From Squalus acanthias (lineage: Eukaryota), in the NCBI GenBank assembly GCA_030390025.1, contig JASTWF010000109.1, forward strand, positions 496,001-560,000: a stretch of 64,000 nt of DNA. The letters are read 5' to 3'. Below are positions 40,701 through 50,360 of the stretch, in pieces. Both the position numbers and the translations under genes were made by a program. The notes under the pieces are model-generated. The model ran no database searches. It saw only the letters and a list, made by a program, of their open reading frames with translations, and was not told the DNA's origin. The stretch's first letter is position 1. Every line of letters begins with the position of its first letter.

Positions 40701-41330
40701 GTTGTGTGTAAGGGTGTGTGTGTTTTGTTGTGTGTGTTAATGCGGGTGTCTGTGTGTGTTTTGTGTAAGAGTGTGTGTATGTTGATGTGTGTGTTAATGC
40801 GGGTGTCTGTGTGTGTTGTGTGTAAGCGTGTGTGTTGATGTGTGTGTTAATGCGGGTGTCTGTGTGTGTTTTGTGTAAGGGAGTGTGTGTGTTGATGTGT
40901 GTGTTAATGCGGGTGTTTGTGTGTGTTTTGTGTAAGGGTGTGTGTGTGTTGATGTGTGTGTTAATGCGGGTGTCTGTGTGTTTTGTGTAAGGGTGTGTGT
41001 GTGTTGATGTGTGTGTTAATGCGGGTGTCTGTGTGTGTTTTGTATAAAGCTGTTTGTATTTTGTGTGAGTTAACGTGCGTGTCTCTGTGTATTTTGTGTA
41101 AGGGTGTTTGTGTGTTGTGTGTATTAATGCGGGTGACTTTGTGTGTTATTTGTACAGGTGTCTGTGTGCTGATGTGTGTGTTAATGCGGTTGTCTCTGTG
41201 TCTTTTCTGTAAGTGTGTGTGTGTCGATGTGTGTGTTTATGCGGGTGTATGTGTGTGTTTAATAATGCGGGTGTCTGTGCGTGTGTGTGTTTATAGTGAT
41301 GTCTGTGTGTGTTTATGTGTAAGTCTGCAC
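28770..41330. repeat. ~12.5 kb TG/CA-rich satellite, ~57-bp unit (TAATGCGGGTGTCTGTGTGTGTTGTGTGTAAGGGTGTGTGTGTGTTGATGTGTGTGT), in the CH4-TM1 intron
   Basis: Direct reading. It is the source of all the V/C-rich ORFs. Higher-order blocks recur at ~34060, ~36465 and ~39015. Confidence 0.97.
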
Positions 41331-41619
41331 ACAGCGGGTGGAATGCAACATTTCAACCGATGGTCCCCAGCAACATCAGAGAAACAACCATGATAAATCA
41401 GGGGAGGATTCAATCATCAGCCCATATATTGGACTATCATAATATTCTGTTAGTTTACGAATAAAAGGGATACATTTACCCCAAACCTTATACTATGTTG
41501 AATACATGTTTTTTTTTCCAATATGTTTCCCACGCGGTCATTTTAACGGTCTTCGAGCAGTGAGTTAGAAGCGGATTTTTAACTGATGACAACTGAGTTC
41601 AAAGAATAGAGATTGAGTC

Positions 41620-41990
41620 ACCTCCCCTTTCTCTGTCAGGGGAGTGGGAGGTACAGTGGGTTATCAATGGCCCTTTCCCCACTGTCTGGTGTGGGAGTTG
41701 TGGTACTGTTGGTTAACAATAGCCCTTTTCCCTCTTCTGGTGGAGGAGTTGTGGTACAGTCGGTTAACAATTGCACTTTTTCCTCTCTCTGGTGGGACAG
41801 TTGTGGTACATTGGTTAACAATTGCCCTTTTCCCTCTCTCTGGTGGGGGAGTTTTGGTACATTGGGTTAACAATAGCCCTTTTCCCTCTCTCTGGTGGGG
41901 GAGTTGTGGTACAGTGGGTTAACAATTGCCCTTTCCGCTCCCTCTGGTGGGGGAGTTGTGGTACAGTTGGTTAACAATTGACCTTTCCTC
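41620..41990 (+). repeat. ~51-bp minisatellite (GGTACAGTGGGTTAACAATTGCCCTTTCCCTCTCTCTGGTGGGGGAGTTGT), copy b
   Basis: About 7 units. Same family as 44750-46290. Confidence 0.9.
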
Positions 41991-42067
41991 ACATCAGTTC
42001 CCAGTGGCTGCGATGCTGCAAATTAAAACGGGTCCCAATTCTCAAGGGATGGACAACACGGGAATCA

Positions 42068-42303
42068 GGGATAAAAATGGAAAGTGCTGGAAATACTCAG
42101 CAGGTCAGGCAGCATTTGTGCGAAGAGAAACAGAGTCAACGTTTCAGGTCGATGACCTTCATCTAAACTGCTTGACATAGTGTCATCGACCTGAAACGGT
42201 GGCTCTGTTTCTCTCTGCACAGATGCTGCCTGAACCTATTGAGTTTTTCCAGCATTTTCTGTTTTTATCTCAGATTTCCACCAACCGCAGCATTTTGCTT
42301 TTG
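42068..42303. mobile_element. Inverted-repeat non-autonomous element with degenerate hammerhead-like cores (copy b)
   Basis: Arm TGCTGGAAATACTCA..GAAACAGAGTCAACGTTTCAGGTCGATGAC is followed by its reverse complement GTCATCGACCTGAAACG..TCTGTTTCTC..TTCCAGCA. Confidence 0.7.
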
Positions 42304-42602
42304 CTGGATTAACAGGGAGACGGAGAACTAAATGCGTTGCGTTTGTTTGTCGAAATGGGAATTTTAAGATTCCCCCCAGCGGGAGAAAAGTTGCTGAATT
42401 TACTTTGAGGAACCCTGTTATGAGAGAGCTTCACTCTGTCTCTAACTCGTGGTGTATCTGAGCTGGGAGCGCTGGCTGTAAAAACCATGGACCCGAGACC
42501 CACAAACCCCCAACTTCAGATACAAAGCCCGCCCCTTGGCAACAATGGGAATCACAATTTACTGAGCGGCTGTGTTTTAACTCACGGTTGGAAGAAAACG
42601 CA

Positions 42603-42618
42603 TTTATTGTTATTTATT
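42603..42618 (-). terminator. Tandem AATAAA polyA signals of the distal secretory tail
   Basis: TTTATT at 42603-42608 and 42613-42618, about 30-45 nt after the stop. Confidence 0.85.
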
Positions 42619-42646
42619 TAAGAACTGAAATGCAATCGAGAGTTTC

Positions 42647-43038
42647 TCATTGACAAGAATTGACGGCGTCCATCAGTACAAGGGAAATGTTCAGAAAACT
42701 TGCTTTACCGCTGGATTTATTGACCGTTCTGGTGATGATCTTCAAGGGGATCGCTTCATGTCCCACCACACAGGAGTAAGAAGCGCCACTGGCCCACTCC
42801 TCCGCTGCAATGGATAACAGGCTGTAGATGAAGAAGGAACTGCTGCCGTTCTCCGCCATCACCTCGGTGTTCCTGTAGTTGCTGGAATTCACCGGCTTGT
42901 CATTGACGGTCCACTTGACGAAGATCTCTCGGGGGGAGAATCCTCTCCCAAAGCAGGTGAGGGTGACGGATCTCTGAGGGGAGACTTCTTCTGCCGAGGG
43001 CAGGAGGACAGACACGAACGGTTGCCGCTGATTTTTAG
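42647..43038 (-). CDS. IGHM: IgM CH4 copy b (distal) plus canonical secretory tailpiece
   Basis: (A)[43 protein letters not shown]|[20 protein letters not shown]. Acceptor CCTGCAG. Internal donor G|GTAAAG follows 42709. The tail has an N-I-S sequon and a penultimate Cys. Confidence 0.97.
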
Positions 43039-43538
43039 CTGCAGGACAATTACAAGAAAGGACAATAAACTGGAGAATTCCAGATAAAATGATGGAGGTG
43101 GTTAGATGTGAGAGAAAGGATCTTTCCGCTGAATTTTGAAGATTTTCTTTTTCCCCTCTGGACCCTGTCCGGTTTCCAGCACGCAGCTGAGGAATATGCA
43201 CTCCTTCTCTCTGAGAGCTTGAAGAGTTGAATTTACAGAACAGAAACAGGCCATTCGGCCCAACAGCTCTGTGCTGGTATTTATGCTCCACAGAAGACTC
43301 CTCCCACCTTAATTCATCTAACCCCAATAGCATATCCTTCTATTCCTTTTTCCATCATGGACTTATCTAGTTTCCCCTGATGTGCATCATCTCCGGTCCC
43401 AGAATGTTTAGTTAGTGGAATTACCAATCTGAATTATCAGAGTAGTCCATTAAAGCACTTAATAGAACGAATCGGCACTTACACATCAACCGGAAATAGC
43501 CACAGTGTCTCACTTATTGCTACAATCTCACCGCTCAC

Positions 43539-43847
43539 CTGTTTCCTTGTGGATGGAAGCTCTTACAGCAGTCGGCATATCCTGATGGCTCACCACGCAG
43601 GTGAACTCATCCCCACTCAGCCAGGCTTGTGTCGAGATGTTTATGTTGCTGATCACGCTGTTGGGATCCTCTCCGGGTTGAAGGGCAATCTCTGATTTCA
43701 CAGTCTCCTTTCCTCGGGTCCAGGTCACGGTGACTCCATAAGGAGCATTAGACACGACGCAGGTTAAGGTCACCGTTGTCTCCAGTAAGATCTGTTCTAG
43801 TGACGGCTGACGAAGAGTAATCACTGGATCGCTGCTTGTGATAGGAT
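43539..43847 (-). CDS. IGHM: IgM CH3 copy b (distal)
   Basis: 309-nt open exon, TTTCACAG acceptor and G|GTGAG donor. (D)[43 protein letters not shown]. Confidence 0.96.
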
Positions 43848-44524
43848 CTGTGAAATAGAAATGAGTGTCAAGCAAAGCTTCATCTTCAGAATCAGGACAC
43901 CAGTATTCAGCCATTACTGTCACAAGGGGAATAAATCACCTTTGTGATATCACCCAATCGCTGTTGCTTAAACAACATCGTTATTGGAAGGACAATGAAT
44001 TGGCAACGAATCCGGGAGATTCTTTAACATTTCCTGTGTATTTGCTCCCAGAGCCTCCTGTAATGGGCTGTGAAGCAAGTACGCGGCGTAAAAAAAAGGA
44101 TAAATTCGGGCGCAATTGTGTTAGGCACTGAATAGAGCTCTTGCCGAAATCCCTTGCTCCTTTACACCCGTCTGTAGATCCCGGGGCCCGAACACATCTC
44201 CGCTCCTTATAATGCCTCCGCCCCAAGGGGTCAAGAGCGCTACAGGAAAATTGCGCTGCTTCAAAACGGCTGTCAAATAAAATCCACCATTTTAGGTGGA
44301 ACAGGAAAAAAGTGAATTTCCTGGTTTCTTCTTGCGATTTTTGGGGGCGATGAAAATGAGCAGGAACCTGCTGCAGCCCCCGTCAGAGGAGAGGTGAAAG
44401 GTCGGCAGAATGGAGCTCCAAGGCCTCTTTTGTGGTGGGGAATAATTTGAAATGCCGGGGTGTGGTAGTTTGCTAATTTGTGTCATTATTGATCTTTTCT
44501 CATGTCTGGTGTGAGAGAGTCAGA

Positions 44525-44750
44525 ATGAAGTATGACCGCAGGGCAGCAATAGGAACACAGGAACAGGAGGAGGCCATTCATCCCATCAGCCTGTTCCGTC
44601 ATTCAATGAGATCATGGCTGATCTGCACCTCAACACCATCTACCTGCATTGTTTCTGGAACCCTTGTAACCTTGACTAACAAAAATCTAACAATCTCTGT
44701 TTTGATATTTTCAATTGACGCCCAACTTCAACATCTTTTTGGGGGAGAGA
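44525..44750 (-). mobile_element. CR1 3' end; downstream half of an element whose upstream half lies at 48221-48570
   Basis: Minus strand reads SLPQKDVEVG..TEIVRFL.. then a CR1 3' UTR, continuing the peptide that breaks off at ~48225. Confidence 0.75.
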
Positions 44751-46290
44751 TTGTGAGATACATTGGTATAACAATTGCCCTTTCCCCTCTCCCTGGTGGA
44801 TAAGTGGAGGTACAGTGGGTTAACAATTGCTCTTCCCCCTCTCTCTGGTGGATGAGTGGAGATTCAGTGGGTTAACAATTGACCATTTTTCATGCGCTGG
44901 TGGGTGGGTGGAGATACAGTTGGTTAACAATTGCTTTTTCCCCTCTCTCTGCTGGGTGAGTGAAGATACGGTGGGCTAACAATTGTCCTTTCGCTAACAA
45001 TGATCGGGTAGTGGGTATACAGTTGGTTAACAACTGTCCTTTCGCTATCAATTGTCGGGTAGTGGGGTACAGTGGGTTAACAACAGTCCTCCCCCCTCTT
45101 TATTTTGGGGCAGTGTGGGTACAGTGGTTTAACAACTGCCCTTTCCCTATCAATGGCGGGTGCGTGGAGATACAGTGGGTTAACAATTGCCAGTTCCCCT
45201 CTCTCTGCTGGGTGAGTGAAGATTCGGTGAGCTTACAATTGTCGTTTCACTATCAATGGTGGGGGAGTGGGTTACAGTGGGTTAACAACTGCCCTTTCCC
45301 TTTCTATGGTGAGGGAGTGGGACACAGTGGGTTAACAACCGCCCCTTCCTATCAATGGTGGGGGAGTGGGGGTACAGTTGATTAACATTTGCCCTTTCGC
45401 TACCTATGTTGAGGGAGTGGGGGCACAGTGAGTTAATAAATGCCCTTTCCCTTTCAATGGTTGGGGAGTGGGAGTACAGTGGATTAACATTTGCCTTTCC
45501 TCTAATTATGTTGAGGGAGTGGGGCACAGTGGGTTAATAAATGCCCTTTCCCTATCAATGGTTGTGGAGTGGGGGTACAGTGGGTTTACATTTGCCCTTT
45601 CCCTACCTATGTTGAGGGAGTGGGGCACAGTGGGTAAACAACTGCTCTTTCCCTATCAATGGTGGGGGAGTGGGGGTACAGTGGGTTATTAATTCCCATT
45701 ATTATCAATGTTGGGGGAGGGGGAACAGTGTGCTAACAAACGCACTTTCCCCATCAATGGTGGAGGAATGGAGGTACAGTGGGTTAATAAATTCCCATTC
45801 CCTATCAAAGGTGGGGAAGTGGATGTAAAGTAGGTTAACATTTGCCGTTTCCCTATCTATGTTAAGTGAGTGGCGGTTCAGTGGTTTAACAACTTCCCTT
45901 TCCCTTCACGCTGGCGCGGCAGTGGGAGGTACAGTGTGTCAACAATTGTCGTTTCCACTCTCTCTGGTGAGTGAGTGGTGACACAGGGGTTAACAATTGT
46001 CCTTCTCTCTCTCACTGGTGAGGGAGTGGGAGTTACAATGGGTTAACAATTGCCTTTCCCCTGTCTCTGGGGAGGCAGTGAGAGGTACAGGAGTTAACAA
46101 TTGTCATTTCCACGCTCTCTGGTGAGGCAGTGGTGATACAGGAGTTAACAATTGCCCTTCTCTCTCTCGCTGATGAGGCAGTGGGAGGTACATTGTGTTA
46201 ACAATTGCCCTTCCCTCTCTCTCTGGTGAGTGAGTGGTGATACTGGGGTTAACAATTGCCCTTCCCTCTCTGTCTTTCTCTCTTGGGGGT
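44751..46290 (+). repeat. ~50-bp minisatellite, copy a (expanded to ~1.5 kb)
   Basis: GTACAGTGGGTTAACAATTGCCC units. Confidence 0.92.
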
Positions 46291-46393
46291 ACATTTCGTG
46301 TTCGTCTATGGCCCTCACAGCAGTTCCCAGTGGCTGCTATGCTGCTAATTTAAATGTCCCCAATTCTGAATGGATGGACAACACGGGAAATGG

Positions 46394-46612
46394 GGATAAC
46401 ATTAGGAAGTGCTGGAAATACAAAGCAGGTCAGGCGGCATCTGTGCAGAGAGAAACAGAGTCAACGTTTCAGGTCGATGAACCTTCATCAAAATGGGCTT
46501 CCGAACGGTGGTTCTGTTTCTCTTTGCACAGACGCTGCCGAACCTATTGTGTATTTCCAGCATTTTCTGTTTTTATCTCAGATTTCCACCATCCGCAGTA
46601 TTTTGCTTTTGT
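46394..46612. mobile_element. Inverted-repeat element, copy a (paralogue of 42068-42303)
   Basis: Collinear similarity with copy b, with a central deletion. Confidence 0.7.
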
Positions 46613-46909
46613 TCGATTAACAGTGAGACCGAGATCTAAATGTGCTGCGTTTGTTTGTCGGAAATGGGAATTTTAAGATTCCCCCCAGCGGGATGAAAGT
46701 TGAAGTTACTTTGAGGAATCGTGTTATGAGAGAGCTTCACTCTGTCTCGAACTCGTGGTGTACCTGAGCTGGGAGCACTGGCTGTACAAACCATGGCCCA
46801 GAGACCCACAAACACCCAACTTCAGATACACAGCCCGCCCCTGGGCAACAATGGGACACGAAATTATTTGAGCTGCTGTGTTTTTAACTCCGGATTCGAA
46901 GAAAAGCCC

Positions 46910-46925
46910 TTTATTGATATTTATT
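46910..46925 (-). terminator. Tandem AATAAA polyA signals of the proximal secretory tail
   Basis: TTTATT at 46910-46915 and 46920-46925, positionally equivalent to copy b. Confidence 0.8.
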
Positions 46926-47000
46926 TAAGAACTGAAATGCAATCGATATTTTCTCATTGACAAGAATTGACGGAGTCCATCAGTACAAGGGAAATGTTCA

Positions 47001-47344
47001 CTAACATTGTTTACCCATGGATTTATTGACCGTTCTGGTGATGATCTTCAAGGGGATCGCTTCATGTCCCACCACACAGGAGTAGGAAGCGCCGCTGGCC
47101 CACTCCTCCGCTGCAATGGATAACAGGCTGTAGATGAAGAAGGAACTGCTGCCGTTCTCCGCCATCACCTCGGTGTTCTTGTAGTTGCTGGAATTCACCG
47201 GCTTGTCATTGACGGTCCACTTGACGAAGATCTCTCGGGGGGAGAATCCTCTCCCTAAGCAGGTGAGGGTGACGGATCTCTGAGCGGAGATTTCTTCTGC
47301 CGATGGCAGGAGGACAGACACGGACGGTTGCCGCGGATGTTGAG
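47001..47344 (-). CDS. IGHM: IgM CH4 copy a (proximal) with truncated tail GKQC*
   Basis: (A)[24 protein letters not shown]|GKQC*. Acceptor TTCTGCAG. The internal donor G|GTAAAC after 47015 is intact. The tail is 1 nt shorter than copy b and reaches TAG at 47001-47003. Confidence 0.93.
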
Positions 47345-47822
47345 CTGCAGAACAATTACAAGAAAGGAAAATAAACTGAAGAATTCCAGAGACAGTGAAA
47401 GCGGTGGTTTGTTGTGAGAGAAGTGTGCTTTCCGCTGAATTTTAAAGGATTTATTTTCCCCTCTGGACTCTGTCCGGTTTCCAGCCCGCAGCGGAGGGAT
47501 ATGCAACCCTTCTCTCTGAGAGCTTGAAGAGTTGTATTTACAGCACAGAAACAGGCCATTCGGCCCAACATCGACACAGCAGACACCTCCCAACTTATTT
47601 ATGTAACCCCAAAAGCATATCTTTCTATTCCTTTTTCCCTCATGAACTTATCTAGCTTCCCCATAAGTGCAAGATCTCGGGTCCCAAAGTATTTAGTTAG
47701 TGGAATTATCAGTCTGAATTAACAGAGTAGTCCATGACAGCTCATAATAGAAATAATTGTTCGTTGCACAAACCTAGGAAATAGCCACACATCTCACTTA
47801 TTGCTACAATCTCACCGCTCAC

Positions 47823-48128
47823 CTATTTCCTTGTGGATGGAAGCTCTTTCAGCAGTCGCCATATCCTGATGGCTCACCACGCAGGAGAACTCATCCCCAC
47901 TCAGCCAGGCTTGTGTCGAGATTTTTAGGTTGCTGATCACGCTGTTGGGATCCTCTCCGGGTTGAATAATCTCTGATTTCAAAGTCTCCTTTCCTCGGGT
48001 CCAGGTCACGGTGACTCCATGAGGAGCATTAGACACGATGCAGGTTAAGTCCAGTGTCGCCTCCATTAAGACCTGTTCTAGTGACGGTTTGCGAAGAGTA
48101 ATCATTGATTCGCTGCGTGAGGAACGAT
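47823..48128 (-). CDS. IGHM: IgM CH3 copy a (proximal)
   Basis: 306-nt open exon, TTTCACAG acceptor and G|GTGAG donor. (D)[42 protein letters not shown]. Both canonical Cys and the Trp are present. Confidence 0.95.
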
Positions 48129-48220
48129 CTGTGAAACAGAAATGAAATCAAGCAAAGCTTCATGTTCAGATTCAGGACACCAGTATTCAGCCATTACAGT
48201 CTCGAGTAGAATAAATCTCC

Positions 48221-48570
48221 CGTTGCGGGAGAGAGAGTTCAAGATACCCACAGCCCTTTGCACGAAGAAGTGGTCCCTGACCTGACCCCTGAACGGCCTG
48301 GCTCTAATGTTAAGATCATTCCCCCTTGTTCTGGACTCCCCCACCAGAGGAAATACTTTATCTACACACCAATTCCAAAAAATATTTTAATTAGTTCACC
48401 CCTTAATCTTCTATACTCAAAGCAATACAAGCCTATTCAGTGCAACATCTCCTCATAATGTAAACCTTTTTGCCCAATATCATTCTGGGTAAATCTGTAC
48501 TGCACCCCCTCCAAGGCCAGTGTATCCATCCTGATGTGCAGAGCCCAGAATTGAACACAGTTCTCTAAAT
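48221..48570 (-). mobile_element. CR1 ORF2 C-terminal fragment (upstream half of the split element)
   Basis: Translates as GESRTRGNDLNIRARPFRGQVRDHFFVQRAVGILNSLS and then breaks into Ig intron sequence. Confidence 0.8.
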
Positions 48571-48759
48571 AGTGTAGATATCTTTTCTATCAGTGGGTCC
48601 CTGGACAGTTACCAGTAAAGGCCTCCAGCTACCTACTGCCTCTCGGAATATGATCAGCCAGCTCAGGATAAACCTGAGCCCAAGGCCAGCTCACTCACTG
48701 TCTGACATCAGAGCCGAGGGAAACCTATGGCGATGTTATTAAATCCTGAACCGTGAGGA

Positions 48760-49185
48760 ATCCTAATTCAGAAGAGGGTGAGTTCAAGCCCCACTACAGA
48801 GACTTGAACACAGAATTTAAGCTGACAGTCACAATGCAGTACTGAAGGAGCGCTGCACGATCTTTCGGATGAGGTGTTAAACCGAGGATCCGTCTGCCCT
48901 CTCAATTGGACGGAAGAGATCCCACGGCACCATTTCAAAGAAGAGCAGGGGAGTTCTCCCGGTGCCGTGGCAAATATTTACACCTCAACAAATATCACCA
49001 AAAAAAAAATCTGGTCATTGTCACAATGCTGTTTGAGGGAGCTTGCTGTGCACAAAATGTCTGCCCCGTTTTGTACATTCCAAAAGTGGCCATATTTCAA
49101 ACGTAATTCATTGTCTGTCAAGCGTTTTGGGGCAGTCTGAGGTCCCTAAAGGCGCTGTTTAAAGCCAATTCTTTATTTTCTTTTA
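48760..49185 (+). mobile_element. SINE (Deu-domain/SacSINE1-like) in the CH2-CH3 intron
   Basis: B-box-like GAGTTCAAGCCC, body similar to 3995-4327, and a T-rich tail. Confidence 0.65.
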
Positions 49186-49481
49186 CATCGGAAGGAAACA
49201 CAAAATGCCTGATTGTACATTACAAATAGAGCTAACTCAGGATAATACTGAGACTAAGGACACCTCACTCCCTGTCTGACATTACAGCTGCGGGAATCCT
49301 TCTTTGCTGGCGAAGTGATGGAATCCTAAACTGTGAGGAATCCCACTTACATCGGCAGGAAACACCAAACTGCTGGATTGTAAATTAGAAATTGTTCTGT
49401 GCTTTGGACTAATTCCAATAAAATTCTGACTCAGATCGGCACTCGAAATGGTCTGGAACTCGCCGGGTTGGTGTCTCTTAC

Positions 49482-49790
49482 CCTGAGAGCTGGAGATGTC
49501 TTTGCTTTGGGTAACCCCTTCATGAGTGACCTGGCAGGTGTAGACCGAGCCGCTGAACCATTCGCCGGCGGGGAGTTTCAGCAGACTGGTCGCCGAGAAG
49601 GTCCCGTTCACTTCACAGACGGGAGAGGTGACGAAGCCCGAATGCATGAGTTGTCCGTTCTTCAGCCAATTCACAGTCAGTGACTCTGGACGGAAATCCA
49701 TGATTGAACACACGACGGTTGCATATCTGTTGCTGGTGATTTGGTCCCTGGAACTCACCGTGAGGATAACTTTTGGATGGACGGAGTCAT
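49482..49790 (-). CDS. IGHM: IgM CH2 exon
   Basis: 309 nt, CCCTAG acceptor and G|GTAAGA donor. (D)[53 protein letters not shown]. Confidence 0.97.
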
Positions 49791-49909
49791 CTAGGGAAGA
49801 CATGTAAGTGACATACATTGCAAAGTAAATGATTAAGAAATGCATAGTGTCCTTATCTTTAAGCAGTTCCTTTACTGTCAGGCTCGCATTAACCTGGCAT
49901 TTCTAAGGA

Positions 49910-50360
49910 TTGAACTGTACACAGTATTCTAAGTGGGATATGGAGACGAGTACTCTGCACAGTATTCTCAGTATGATATGGAGATCAGGAATGTGCACAG
50001 TGCTCTATGTGAGATATGGAGACCAGGAATCTACACAGTATTCTAAGTGTGATATGGAGACCAGGACTGTGCACAGTATTCAGTGTGATATGGAGACCAG
50101 GACTCTGCACAGTATTCTAAGTGTGATATGGAGAACAGGACTCTGCACTGTATTCTAAGTTTGATATGGAGACCAGAACTGTACATAGTATTCTATGTGT
50201 GATATGGAGACCAGGAAAGTGCACAGGTTTCTCAATGTAATATGGAGACCAGCACTCTGCACAATATTCTATGTGGGATATGGAGTCGAGGATTGTGCTC
50301 TATACTCTAAGTGGGAAGTGGAGACCAGAACTGTTCACAATACTCTAAGTGTGGACGAAC
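49910..50360 (+). repeat. ~38-bp minisatellite in the CH1-CH2 intron (GTGTGATATGGAGACCAGGACTGTGCACAGTATTCTAA)
   Basis: About 11 units read directly. Confidence 0.9.

Noticed and set aside
28770-41330. Satellite as a class-switch (S) region
   Set aside because: It lies downstream of the CH exons rather than in the J-C intron, and is not rich in AGCT/WGCW motifs.
29119-41393. Dozens of Val/Cys-rich and His/Thr-rich ORFs
   Set aside because: Translations of the 57-bp TG satellite with no gene structure.
44751-46290. TACAGTG/GACAGTG heptamer-like words in minisatellites as cryptic RSS
   Set aside because: They lack the essential CAC start and have no nonamer at 12/23 spacing.
47812-47822. Second GTGAG donor 7 nt after the CH3 donor (in both copies)
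   Set aside because: Its use would shift the frame, and there is no evidence of function.
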